Below are positions 24,854 through 38,500 of a stretch of 64,000 nucleotides of DNA, piece by piece (the first letter of the stretch is position 1; each line of letters starts with the position of its first letter). Source of the DNA: Scyliorhinus canicula (lineage: Eukaryota); contig NC_052172.1 of NCBI RefSeq assembly GCF_902713615.1, positions 6,305,337 to 6,369,336 of the forward strand, read 5' to 3'. The notes beneath the pieces were generated by a model, which saw nothing but the letters and a program-made list of their open reading frames with translations, was not told where the DNA came from and ran no database searches. The translations under genes and the position numbers were made by a program.

Positions 24854-26027
24854 CTATATTTATCTATTTGTCGATGAATCCTACTGCCACAGATCTCTTA
24901 TGCATCGAAATATCTGTTTAGCTATTAAACGTCGTTTAAAACATTAGAATGGTTAAATAAATAACATAAATCAGGAAATTCTATTTTGTTAAGGTTAATT
25001 CGTCATCTTGCTCGCTTTCACGTCAGGTTGGGGTAATATATGATTAATTATTTGATTTGCCCATCACGTCTGGGATATGATCGCCTGCATTTTACGAATA
25101 GATTCCAAGGTGAGTTAAATTACTCAATTCTCTAAAAACGGCCAGGGCTGTATGACGCGGCATTACAAATAGCTCCCCACTGTGCAGTTCAATATTTCAG
25201 AGCTTTCCATGTCAATGTGGGGTTCTGACACCAATTTCGCTCTACCGTCGAGAGCAGTATTTATTATCATAAATGATAAAATGAAACAACTCATGTGATG
25301 GCCATTCGGTCCATTTACTTTATGGAAGAGTTATCTGATTAATTAATACTATCCTGACCCGTTCTATGTAGCACGAAAAATTGATCCACTTAATTTCCTT
25401 CTCATTTTAAACATTTCCGTGGAATATGATTCCACTGCCCTTACAAGGAGTGCCATTCCAGATGATACATTTATTTCCCTGTGGGGAAATACTCTATTGA
25501 TCTCCAACTGATATCCTACTGCTCCTCACTGATCTACTGATTCGGGAATATCGGGAGGAAAATGGTTTGGAAACAGAACAACGATGGACTAATTACATCA
25601 TAAAATGGATCGAGATACCGAGCGATCTACTCTATCTCTTAGATTCCAATGATTGCAATCTGGTTTAATTCACCTTAAATAAATCTTCCCGACTTAACGG
25701 CCATCCTGACAGTAGATAATTGGTCCTTTCTCGTTCTTCCTATTAACGTTTTCGAAACTTTTATGATTTTCAATTTCTTCTTCATGTTCGATGCGCCAAT
25801 AGGAGCAACCGACGCAAACTGCTAATAGTTAATCTTAGAACCGTCAAATATGCCACGAATGATTCACAGTGCAAAACGGCGACAACTCTACAGATACCAT
25901 TTTCACTGCACACCTGGCTCCTTACAGCTGTTCAAACATTTGTTGAAAACGTTGACCCACTTTTCTAACCGACATTCTCTGTCCTTTGAACAATTTTCAA
26001 AGGTTCTGGATGTTCAGCACAGTGAGA

Positions 26028-26256
26028 TTTGTTTTGAATAAATTTAAACTACCCAATAATTTTTTATTCAGTAAAGGGGCAAATTAGCGTGGCCAATCAC
26101 CGTACCCTGCGCTTGTTGGTGCTGCCTGCGTGAGACCGACGCAGACACGGGGAGAATGTGCAAACTCCACATGGTTAGTGACCCCGGGCCGGGATGGAAG
26201 CCGGGACCACGGCACCGTGAAGCAGCAGTGCTAACCACTGCGCCACGGCGCAGCAC
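26028..26256 (-). mobile_element. HE1-like SINE with a 13-bp TSD; orthologous copy at about 50275-50500
   Basis: TSD CAGCACAGTGAGA at 26015-26027 and 26257-26269; empty site near 1415. Confidence 0.8.
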
Positions 26257-27799
26257 CAGCACAGTGAGAAGTTAAACGTTTAAAATTCAGTTTCCATAAG
26301 GGAAAGTACTCTTCCTATGCTTGAAATAGAAAATCATTTGAACAAGGCTTAAAGAATTTGAAAACATAAATAAACAAGTCAAAGTAATTCCGTCCATTCA
26401 TCCCGGATAACGTCACTTTGAAAGAGCGATTCATTATTCTCACATCATCCACCTCCCATTCCCCTTCAGCTCAACCCATCACTGGCACATCCATCTCTTT
26501 CTCCCCCATTATTTTAACTAGTTCCCCCAAAGCCATATATGCTACATGGAACAACCAACTTCGTGTGCTAGTGGATCACATATTCTCACCATTCTTTGGG
26601 TAGAGGTTACAAACTTCCAGTCCTTCGGCACCACCTCTGAATCCAAGTCAACCTTATGGCCAGTGCTTCTGACATTGCCTTTTTAATTCCCTCAGTTTAC
26701 TTCGAATCATCTCCAAGCATCAAATGTGTGCAGGTTCGGTGGGATTACGGGGTTGCAGTCATCGATCGCGGGGGTTGGGCATTGTTCGGGTGCTCTTTCC
26801 GAGCGTCGGTGCTGACTCTGTGCACCGCATACCTGCCTTCTACACTCTAGGGATTGTATTAACATTATTCTATCTCACCCAGTCCCGGTGTCCAGTGTAC
26901 TTTAAGTACAAGCAGGTTATTATCAAATACCTACACCTGCCCAATATTGAAGCCCCACTGTATTAATTACCTCTTCTTTAATTGTGGTCAGTGCAGTATA
27001 TTCCTCATTGTTTTTCTCACATTTTCTCTGAAGCTTCAATATTGAGCATGCTTTTAATTTTACTTTCTACCAGACACAATGTCACAAACGCACACCTCTT
27101 CTTCTTTATCTTAATTTCTGCATCCCATGTCGTCCAGGTTGCTCTGGTTTGGTTTGTCTTATTTGGCCCTTTGATGGAATACGTCTTGTCAATGGCTGAA
27201 CGATGTCTTCTTTCATGGGAGCCCAAGCCCAGCTATCGTTTTTCCTGCCAACCTTTGGTTCGAAGCGGATTGCAGCGCATTGAAGTTGGTCTTCCTCGAA
27301 TTCAATGTCCTTTTCTATAGTCATCATAAAACTTCTGATATTTGATCGCCGTTACCTAAGTTTGCGCCCAGTGACCCTTGATATTACGTAGAACTGCGCA
27401 AAAGTTACAACACAGAGACCGCAGATCGGATCAACTGCTCTGTACCTGCCTTTATCCTCCACATTACCCTCCTCTAGCCACACTTCACTTGACGCGATTA
27501 ACATCTCAAATTATAAAGACAACTTTGCTTTCAACTGCTTGCTTATCAAATAATACATTATCCTACATTCCGCTTCCCGAGGAATCCTGCCCCGGTGTAC
27601 CCAATGAGATGCACCGTGGATACTCGTGGAAGTCTCGAGGCAAAACATTGCCCAGAAATTTTCGGGGAAATGTGAACTTCCAGTGCACAATTACACCACT
27701 TGAAACCATTCGCTTCATCGCTTTAAAACTGGGAATTCAATCGTTTTCCACTTGCGTAGCATAATAGTTAAAAAGCTGGAGGTCTCGAAGCCACGTTTA

Positions 27800-29640
27800 A
27801 CCTAGAAACAAAGAAAATAGGAGCAGGCAGAAGCCATTCGGCCCTTCGCGACTGCTCCGCCAGTTATTATGATCGTGTTTGATCATTCAGCTCAATAGCC
27901 CAATCCCGTCTTCGCCCGTATCCTTTCATACCGTCCGCCCAAAGTGCTGTATCTAACTGTTTCTTGAGAACATACAATGTTTTGACATCGACCAGCTTCT
28001 GTGGTGGAAAATTCAACAGGTCAAACATTCTCTGGGTTCCGATATTTCTCCTCATTTCAGCCCGAAAATGTTTACCTCATATCCTTAGACTGTGGCCCCT
28101 GGTTCAAGACACCCGACCGTCGGGAACAACCTTCTTCCATCTAAACTGTCCAGTCTCGTTAGAACTTGATAGTTTTCTATGAGGTTCCCCCGGCATTCTT
28201 CTGAACTCCAGTGAGTACAATTCTAACCGACTCCATATCACCTTATACATCTGTCCTGCCATCGTATAAATCAGTGTGGTAAAGCTTTGCTCCACTCCCT
28301 CCAGAGCAAGACCATCCTTGCACAGATAATGCGATAACGACTGCACACAATATTCCAGGAGTGGACACACCAAACCTCAGTACAACTGCTGCAGGACATC
28401 CCTGCTCCTGTACTTGAATCCGATCGCCATAAAGGCCAGCAGACCATTTGCATCCTTTACCGCCTATATGCTTGTCTTTAGTGAGTGGTGTACCAGGTAA
28501 CCCAGGTGTCGTTGTACATTCCCCTCTCCTAATTTATGGCATTCACATAATAGTCTGCCTTCCCGTTTTAGCTGCCAAGGTGGATAAGCTCGCATTTGTC
28601 CAAATTATACTGCATCTGCCATTCATTTGGCCACTCACTCAACTTGCCGAAATCACACCTAAACATATGTGCATCCTCCTCACAGCTCATTCTCCCAAGC
28701 AACTTTGCGTCCTCTGGAAATTTGGACATATGACACTTTGAATATATATTTTGAATAGCTGGCGTCCCAGCACCGATCCCTGCCGTACCCCATGCATCTT
28801 TGCGTGACATTTGGAAAACGTTTTGTTAATTCCTGCTCCTTGTTTCCTTTCTGCTAACCATCCGAATCCCATTTTCTTTAATTTTACAGGCTAATCTGGA
28901 CTTTGGCAAAAAACGTGTGTATATCCAAATAAATCCTCCCCGTGTGTGCGTGGGTTTCCTCCGGCTGCTGCGGTTTCCTCCCACAGTCCAAAGATGTGCA
29001 GGTTAGGTGGATTGGCCATGATAAATTGCCCTTAGTGTCCAAAATTTCCCCTAGTGTTACGTGCGGTTACTGAGTTATAGGGATTGTGTGGAGGTGTTGA
29101 CCTTGGGTAGGGTGTTCTTTCCAAGAGCCGGTGCAGACTCGATGGGGCGAATGGCCTCCTTCTGCACTGTAAATTCTATGAAACTACATCCACTGGCCCC
29201 CTCTCACCAATTCTCATCGTTGCATACTTGAAGAATTCCTGTGGATTTGTAAATGATGTTTCCCCTTCATAAATCCATGCTGACTCTGTCTGATCTTGCC
29301 TTTGTTTTCTAAGCGCACTGTGAGAAATATTTGATAAAGGATTATGGAATGATCCTCACGACCGAATTCAAGTTTACTGGTCTTTAATTCCGAATTTTCT
29401 CTCTCCGTTCCTTTTTTAAGAAGTGGGGTTACATCAGCAAATTCCAATCTATAGGAACAGTTCAAGAGTCTATAGATCCTTGTAAGATGCCCATCAATGC
29501 ACCTACTATTTATAGAGCACTTCCCTGAGTACTGCGGGATACAGATTGTGAGACCCTGGGCATTTATCAGCCTTCAATGCCATCAATTTGCCCAAAGCCA
29601 TTTATCTGCTAATATTAATCTCCTTCAGTTCCTCCCTCTC
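27800..29640 (-). mobile_element. CR1 fragments (deleted copy) with a nested HE1 piece about 28945-29180
   Basis: PLLEYCVQ, QSQHGFMKGK motifs; the same insertion occurs at 52400-53870. Confidence 0.75.
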
Positions 29641-30697
29641 ACGAAACACTGCGTTCCCCAACATTACCACCTGGGTAAATATTTTACCAAACCCATCACC
29701 CAATGGACCCACTTGACTGCCTTTAACCACCTGACCTCATCCCCTCCCCCTGCCGACTACCCTCGATTACCGGGCCGGACAAACTGACAAGCCCACCCCC
29801 TAAGTGATCACCTTCCCATATCCCTGGTGTAACTCACGAACCATCCTATCCCTCGCCCACCCCCTCCAGATCCAACGCACCACATACTTAATGCAAGTCC
29901 CCACTGATCGGTCTTTAAAACTCAACGCTTCACGTGAGCGAATTGCGGTTAAAAAGAACGTGGGCAGTAAAACGGAGCCCAATGACAAGCCGACGGTGAT
30001 TTCCAATCCTCGTTTGGGGCTGTAGTTATCCAATCTATATATGGTCTCCAGCTAGAATATAACTGTCAGTTTGAGCAGATTTCTTTGGCAGGCCCCATTC
30101 TGCGGTTCTGGAGAGCAAACAAGTTTAGAAGCTATTGTGGGCTCCAGTGAACGCACTCATTAGGACAGAAGTATGTTTTACTGGTATCACATCACAGTCA
30201 CGCGGGTGCATCCATCACTGACTCTGAATTCTTAGTTTTCCAAATGCATTCGGAATGACGGTCAGAAGGAAGGACATAACCTGCATTGGAAAATCCCAAA
30301 TAAACAGGCATCCGGAATATGCAGGAGACGCCCAGCAGGTCAGGCGGCATATGCGGAGAGCGAAATAGGGTGAACGTTTCGAATTCAATATGAATCTTCT
30401 TGACAACCCGAAGCTTATTTTAAAATTGCAGTCATGTTGTATTCTGAAGAAAAAAACAACAATACTCCTTCCTGAGACAATCGGGGATCTGAAGCTGGGA
30501 GAAATCTGAGGCTTTAGGTCAATTCCTGGCTGAATAATTCGCTTTCGTTCGTACCTTTCAGAAAGAAGGATGTGGAATATACGTGACGCCATTTCCAGCT
30601 CGCACGTCACATAATTCAGTGATCTCTTCAACAACAGGCTCTATATATAAATGTTCTCTCTTCTTCTGCGAGACTTGATCCTGTGTTCCTGAGAAGG

Positions 30698-31419
30698 ATG
30701 AAATTGAATCTTCAGCTCTTTATCTTTGCTTTGCTCATGCGCCGTAAGTTAATTTTAAATCACGGTCGTTGTTGTATTTATATTTAGTTCCGTTAGGAAA
30801 CATAATTAATGGTTTATACGAATATCGTTCATTCGCTTCATATATTTTCTTTCATATATGGAGCGGCTTTAAGCTTCTCTATTCTTATATTTACCTCCAC
30901 CCCTTTCTTGACAAAACCCCACAAATTTACGTTTAAAAGTAAATTTACCACGGGACAATCCAGGATTGAGACTGATTAGTTAGCTCTTTCAAAGAATTGT
31001 CACAAAAATATTGCGACGAATGGCAATCTTCATATTTCGAATATGTAACGTGATATCCCGGAGCTCTAGTTATCCCGCATTAACTGAATCCTGTATCTAT
31101 TTTCCCATTTCAGATTATTGTCAATGTGTTTCAGTGTCTCAGATTCCCCGAGAATTAACAGCGCGGCGAGGGGACAACACAACACTGACCTGTCAACAGG
31201 AGGATACCGATTACATCACAATGCTCTGGTACCGACAGTACCCGGGACGCGGCCTCCAGCTTGTGGTGACGGACATGTCTGGGAATAACCCGACTTTCGA
31301 GAAAGGATTGGAGGCGGGATTTCAGGTGGTGAGACCCAACCGCAAAAGGTGCATTTTGAAAATTGTGGCTGCCGACCCTGACGATACAACGATCTATTAC
31401 TGCGCTGCAAGAGATGGAG
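30698..31419 (+). CDS. TRBV: TCR beta V segment A2: leader 30698-30743, intron 30744-31113, V exon 31114-31419
   Basis: Leader MKLNLQLFIFALLMR|GTAAG; intact V exon ending YYCAARDG; canonical-length RSS. Confidence 0.92.
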
Positions 31420-31458
31420 CACAGTGCTTCAAACCCCTTATGTACCGTGACAAGAACC
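31420..31458 (+). other. 23-RSS of V-A2
   Basis: CACAGTG 31420-31426, 23-nt spacer, ACAAGAACC 31450-31458. Confidence 0.93.
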
Positions 31459-32091
31459 AATTAACGTCATTTCTGTAACTACTTGTTCTGTTCGTCCTTT
31501 CTGGTCCACCAGTCCGGCTTTCTCTTCCTGTTTGTGTGTCAGGTATCATTATCTTTAACGTCCTTACCTTCAATGGATAACCGAATGATTTTACAGAGTG
31601 AAAATCAGAGAGAAATCGGTGGCATACAGACGATAGATTAATGTTATCATACAATCTCTGCACCTGAGAACTTGACTCCTTAACGGTTGATTCCATCGGT
31701 TTTGAGGGCATCGTGATGCTTTCCGAGCTTCTGAACTCCGTTGAAAACGTATAATGGTAATGATAATTTTTGCCTCTTCATATCAGCCTGTTTTATTTTT
31801 ACTTTAGTTTCCCTAGTACATTATTGTAAATGTCAACAATCGGCCTCCTGTGTTATACGTGGTGATTCCGAGTCTTTTAACCCCTCCTGATAGAGATAAC
31901 ACGCACTCTTGTTGTTGCCCTTGTAAGTTCTCGTCTACACCTTATTCAGTTCACGATACCGAATATCCGCTGTCTGCTCTAACCTACCTGATGTTCTCCT
32001 CAGAAAACATTAGCTCTGCAAACTGAGGTCCAACAGGGCGAAGCGCTCCCGGGTTCAATCTCTAACAGAGATTGTTTTCTGCTGATTTTGG

Positions 32092-32122
32092 GGTTTTTGC
32101 TGAACTGCTCCATCTCGCTGTG
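32092..32122 (-). other. Defective RSS of V-B2 (15-nt spacer)
   Basis: CACAGCG, spacer AGATGGAGCAGTTCA (15 nt), GCAAAAACC; 8 nt are deleted relative to B1. Confidence 0.9.
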
Positions 32123-32560
32123 AAGCTCCAGGCGCAGTAATACACGGCCGAGTGATTCACCCGCAGGCTGGGGGACTCCAGCTGGAATTCGTACTCACTG
32201 GGTCCAGCGGCGTTGATTCCGTGAATCGACCCATCTGACTCCACGTGTTCAGGCATTGACGAGTAAAACATCAACTGCAGCCCCTTCCCCGAGTATTGCC
32301 TGCACCAATACATGTAGATAGTATTGCTGCCCCCCTTCACAGTGCATGTCAGTTCCAGTTTTGCCCCTGAGAATTTGGATACAGTGGCGGGTGCCTGGTG
32401 AATAGTCTGTAGGTTCACGTCTAGGAAAGATAGAGGGAGGAGATCAGTAAACCTGGACACTTAGGGAATGAGTCGACGGTGGAAACATTTTTGAAATTAC
32501 ATGTTATTAAAGATAATGATTTACTTACAGTGAAACAGCATTGTCAAAACGAGAAAAAGA
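32123..32560 (-). pseudogene. TRBV: TCR beta V segment B2: V exon 32420-32123 open, leader truncated by an L1 insertion
   Basis: V exon parallels B1 (WCRQ for WYRQ). Donor at 32528 is retained, the leader remnant reads FLVLTMLFH, and both leader ATGs are replaced by L1 sequence. Confidence 0.88.
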
Positions 32561-35500
32561 GACTTCCGGTTCGCGAGCGGAGCGGCCGCAAAAAAAGAAA
32601 AAGGGGTTCCCGCAGGACAACGAAGGGGGTCTCCGCAACGGGAGGAGGCGGGAAGGGGAAAAAATCCCAAGTCCCGCGAAATTGATGGCAGGGGAAGTGG
32701 GCCGTCGGCAGCGGAGCGAACCGGCGGCAGCAGCAGCGGCAACAAACAACACCCCCGCCCCCCACCCGCAACGGCACCAGAGCGCAGGGCCCGGACCAAA
32801 GCGTGGCCGAGCCTGCAGAGAGGAGGGAGCAGAGGAGCGACCAACGACCCAACCACACCCCCCCCCCCCCACCAGCGGGAGAGCGCAGGGTGCGATGAAC
32901 GGCAGTCTGGAGCAAGCAGCGGGGACAGAGCAGCAGGGACCGACCCACCCACCTCCCCCCCCATACCGGCAGTGACCAACACGAATCAAGTTCAAAGAGG
33001 CCTCTCTCTCTCTCCCTCTCGACCCTGCGTGAGTGAGGGAAAAGGAAGGGAAAAAAAAACTTTTGCAAAATCAAAACTCTGAAAAGAAAACTTTTAAAGA
33101 GAGGGGGGGGGGGGGGGGGATATTATTATTTTTTTTCTTTTTGCACTCTTTTTCTCTCACCCAAAACAAGCCCACCTGAGAAGAGTTTTATAAAAGGGAA
33201 AAAATAAAGTGATAAAGGAGAGAAGGGAGGAGAGAAGAAAAAGGGAAGAAACAAAAAAAAATAGGGGGCGGAAAAGGGGGGAAAAGAAAAACAAGGGGAG
33301 AAGAAAAGAAGAAATGGAAGGGGAGAAAAAAATGCCAGAAGGGAGCCAAGGCAGAGGGAGAAGGGGCACCAAAGGCAGACGGGGCAATGGGTGAGCCAGT
33401 TCAGGCGAGCGAATCAGCGCACGAAGCGACAGAACGGAAGTATCGCTGCATCAAAAAGAGCTGGACTGACAGGTTCCCTCTCCCCTGGGGCCAGGGGGGA
33501 GCTAGAACTGGAAGGCAGCCTTTACTGTGGTACTGTGGTGCTGAGGCGAAGGCAGACATAGAGGCCGTAGTGCAGGCAGCAGTGGCCAAGGCCCTGACAG
33601 AAGAGCAACAGGCCCTGGCCAGATTTGAGGAGAAATTGGATGCCCAAGGGGAGAAGCCCAGGGGGTGACCATTAAGGAGCTGGAGAGAGCAGCGACTGAC
33701 ATGAACGACAGGGCCACGGCCATGGAGATGGAGGTGACGAGACTGAGCACAACACAGCGGAGCCTGAAGGCCAGAGTGGATGACCAGGAAAACCGCTCGA
33801 GAAGGCAAAATGTCAGGATAATGGGCCTGCCAGAGGGGAACGAGGGTAGAAACCCCACGACATACATGACCGAGATGCTGGGCAACTTAGTGGGGAGGAA
33901 AACCTTTCCCTACCCACCAGAAACGGACAAAGCACACCGGTTGCTGCGCCCGAAGTCCAAGGCAGGAGACCACCCAAGAGCAATCATAGCTAAACTGCAC
34001 CGGTACCAGGATAGGGAAACAATCCTGCGCTGGGCCAAGAAAAATAGAGCCTACAAATGGGAAGGACACACCATTAGAATCGCTGAGTATATTGGGGCAG
34101 ATCTAGCCAGGAGACGGGCAGAGTTCAATAGAGCGAAAGCAGCTCTTCACATGAGCAATGAGCGTTTTGGTTTGCTGTACCCAGCGAAACTCTGGGTCAC
34201 ATACCAAGAAAGAGAATACTTCTTTACAGCCCCCGCTGAGGCAAACAAGCTTGTCGAAGAACATGGGCTTGAAAAAGACCAGCGAGGGTAGGGATGAGGT
34301 GCCCCTGGCAAGGGGCAACAACACGCTGACGGTGGGGGGGGGGGGAGGGGTGAGGCAATGCCAGGCCCCACCGACCCCTCCACGGCAAGAGCACCCTAAA
34401 CAAAGAGCAAACCGCTGCCCGAGGGACCACTCCAGGTGGGAGGCCAGGCCCCAGCACGAGGGAACGAGAGTACTGGAGAAGGGAGAGCAAGCGAGAGGGG
34501 TGCAGTGTAGGATGGGGAAGAGCAGGCAGAAAACTGCAGAGGCCAGGCAGGGGAGAAGCGAGACAGTAACTCCCGAGAGGGGGAGACAACGTATTAGCAG
34601 AAAAGCTAGCGCCAGGGGCATGCAACAAAGCAAAGCTGCAGCACGCCCCCAACAGGGGGGAAGGTGCCAGGCAGGGGATGGGGGGGGGGACCACACATCA
34701 GAGTCGGGAGGGCAAACGTGGACAGGAACAGGGGAAAGAGGGACAAAGGAGGGGTATACGGGGGAGGAGGAAAAAGGGAGAGACCGGGGCCGGGAGGTAC
34801 ACAGGGAGCGAGAGACCGGGGAGGAGGGATGCAAGGAAGGAGGGACAAACGAGGCTAGAAAAGGAACAGGGCTACAAAGTGCCACAACCAAGGGCTCAAA
34901 ACAAGGAACTGCTGCAAGCACCCACCTAGTACGGTCTCTGGGTGATGGGAGACCCCAGAGTGCAGGGGACTACCTGCGTGGCGGATGCACAGTGGGTGGC
35001 CATGGCGGGTGCCCCCAGGACAAAGGGAAATCCCGGAGTGCAGGGACCAGACCGCATGGAGAGAGCAGCAACAGCGGCCATCCTGGATGGCCCCCTAACA
35101 AAGGGAAACCCTGGAGGGCAGGGGCAGTCCACCAGATAATATGGCTAATCCCACAGGAGCGAGGGGCCAAAAGCCCCCCACCAGGTTTGTCACCTGGAAT
35201 GTAAGAGGACTCAACGGCCCAGTGAAGAGATCCAGAGTCCTCACCCACCTAAGAAATATGAGGGCAGACATAGTCTTCCTCCAAGAGAAACGCCTGAGAG
35301 AGCAGGACCGACTGTGGGTAAGAAAGGGCTGGGTGGGACAAACCTACCATTCCTGCTATAGGACAATGGCCAGGGGCGTGGTGATATTGATCGGCAAGAG
35401 GACGATGTTTAGGGTGACAAAGACAGTTACGGACCCGGGACGGTACGTCATGGTCAGCGGGCCCTGGATGGGGCACTGGTGGTACTAGTCAACGTCTACC

Positions 35501-38500
35501 CACCCAACTGGGGTGACACGAGCATCATCATGAAGACCATGGCAGAAATCCCAGACATAGCGACGCATCGACTAATCATGGGGGGGGGGGGGGGGGGGGG
35601 GGAGACTTCAACTGTGTACAGGATCCAAAGACAGACAGATCAAACCCCGAAACGGGGAAAATCTCAAGCATGGCAAGGGAACTCAGTCGCTTAATTGAGC
35701 AGATGGGAGCGGTGGACCCCAGGAGGTTCGCCCACCCGGGGGAGAAGGAATGCTCCTTCTTCTCCCAGTACACAATGTATACACCAAAATTGACTTGTTT
35801 GTGGTGGGGAAAACGGTGCTTCCAGGGATAGACAAAGTGGAATACCCCGCAATTGTGATATCAGACCACGCTCCACATTACATGGACGTGCAGCTAGAGG
35901 CGGGCAGGGCCCAACGCCCCACATGGAGGTTGGACGGTGCCTTACTAGCTGACAAGGCCTTCAACGAAAGGATAGCGTGGGCCATTACAGAGTACACGGA
36001 GAACAACCGGAATGGGGAGGTCTCACCCTCCACATTCTGGGAAGCGCTAAGAGATAGGGAGGAAAGGGTGGCTAGGCAGCAGCTGGTCGACTCCATACTG
36101 GAGGTAGGCGTAAATACTCCGAGGCCCCGACAGTAGAGCTCCTGGCGGAGAGGAAAGAGTTACAAAGGAACTTTGACCTGCTCTCCAGCTGGAAAGCAGT
36201 GCACCAACTCTGCCAGGCGCTTGGGACCCTGCACGAACACGGAGACAAAGCCATCCGCCTGTTGGCACACCAGCTCAGAAAGCAGGCAGCCACCAGAGAA
36301 ATTACACAAATCAGGGGTACCAGAGGCACGTTAGAAACAGAACCAGAAAAGATTAACAAAACCTTCAAGCCATTCTACCAAGAGCTGTGCACCTCAGAGC
36401 CCCCAAGGGGGTGAGGGGGGGGGGGGGGAGACTGAGATGAAACGGTTCCTTGATGGACTGGACATTCCAGTCGTAAGGGAGAGCAGAAAACGGGGCTTGG
36501 AAGCACCACTAGGACTGGGAGAGATCATGGACAGAATTAGCACCATGCAGGCGGAGAAGACGCGGGGACCAGATGGATTCCTGGCAGACTTCAAAAAAAT
36601 TTGCGAAAGCACTGGCCCCGCACCTGCGGGAGATATTCACAGACTCGCTAGCTAGCGGCACACTGCCACCCACGCTAGCACAGGCCTCAATCTCGCTGAT
36701 ACCTAAGAAAGACAAAGACCCAATGGAATGTGGGTCATATAGACCCACCTCACTGCTGAACGCAGACGCCAAAATACTGGCCAACATCATAGCCAAAAGG
36801 CTAGAAGACTGTGTACCTGAGGTGGTCACAGAGGACCAGACGGGCTTCATCAAAGGTAGACAGCTTACCTTGAACATCAGGCGCCTGCTGAACGTGATAA
36901 TGACCCCCTCCGGGGAGAGAACACAAGAGGTGATCGTCTCACTGGACGCAGTAAAGGCCTTCGACAGAGACAAATGGAAATACCTCATAGAGGTACTAGA
37001 GCGGTTCGGGCTTGGAACAGGGTTCACCCCCTGGGTAAAGCTCCTATACAACACTCCTATGGCGAGTGTACGGACCAACAATACCAACTCCCAATACTTC
37101 CAACTGCAGAGAGGCACCAGACAAGGATGCCCACTGTCCCCGCTGCTGTTCGCCTGAGCGATCGAACCACTAGCAATCGCGCTGAGAGCAGCAAAAACTG
37201 GAGGGGGATCCGAAGGGGAGGCAGAGAGCACAGAGTCTCACTCTATGCAGATGACCTGCTCCTCTACATTTCGGACCCACAGAGTAGCATGGACGGGATC
37301 ATTGCGCTCCTGAAAGAGTTTGGAGACTTCTCGGGCTACAAACTGAACATGAGCAAAAGCGAGATCTTCCCAGTACACCCGCAAGTGGGGGGGGGCAGCA
37401 CTAAAGGGGCTACCATTTAAACAAGCCCGACACAAATTCCGCTACCTGGGGATCCGTATAGCCCATAATTGGAAAGGGATCCACAAATGGAACCTCACCA
37501 GTCTGACGGAGGAAGTAAAAAAGGACCTGCAAAGATGGAACACACTCCCACTCTCCCTTGCGTGGAGAGTCCAGATGATTAAAATAAATGTACTGCCCAG
37601 GTTCCTCTTCCTGTTTAGATCCATTCCGATCTACATCCCCAAGGCCTTTTTCAAAGCGCTGGACAAACTAATCATGGCGTTCGTATTGTTGGGGGGGGGG
37701 GATTCAATGATGCCAAAGAATGTCCTACAAAAAACAAAATCCGGGGGGGGGCTAGCCGTCCCAAACGTACAATCCCACCACAGGTGGCGACGGCCGAGCA
37801 AATAAGGGGATGGATCAAGGAGCCAGAGGCCGAGTGGGTTCACGCGGAGGAGGACTCCTGCGTGGGGACCTCCCTCCGGGCCCTCGACATGGCAGCACTC
37901 CCATCCCCAACCAAAAAACACCCCAGCAGCCCAGTGGTGATAGACACCCTCCAATCCTGGAACCAACTGCGGCAGCAAATTGGCCTGACCAAAATGTTGG
38001 ACAAAGCTCCCATCTGCAACATCCATAGGTTCACACTGACGCCACCTTTAAAAGGTGGGGGCAGGTAGGAGGGACACTGACAATCAGGGACCTATACACG
38101 GACGGCAGGATCACAACACTGGACGAACTGACAGAGAAATTTCAGCTAGCCAGGGGGAACTAGCTAAGTTATCTGCAGCTTAAAAACTTCCTACGAAAGG
38201 AGACAAGGACGTACCGACAACTGCCAAGACAGACACTACTGGAAGAACTATTGGACGCAAGCATACTAGACAAAGGAAACTGTAGTGACATGTATGACCG
38301 ACTGATAGAAAGGGCCGACACCGTACTGGACGCAACAAGAAAGAAATGGGAGGATGACCTGGGCATTGAGATAGGGTGGAGACTCTGGAGCGAAGCACTG
38401 CATAGGGTCAACTCCACCGCCATGTGCGCAAGGCTCAGCCTGACGCAGCTAAAAGTGGTACATAGAGCCCACTTAACAAGAACCCATATGAGTAGGTTCT

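Noticed and set aside
24283-24921. ORFs of 187-212 aa
   Set aside because: Artefacts of the N gap.
34103-35248. Long ORFs (272-348 aa) on both strands between L1 ORF1 and ORF2
   Set aside because: Low-complexity purine-rich inter-ORF spacer; no recognisable domain.
35578-36430. Long G runs as G-quadruplex signals (also about 21570, 33100, 46590, 56215)
   Set aside because: Homopolymer expansions inside TEs; they coincide with frameshifts and may be partly sequencing error.
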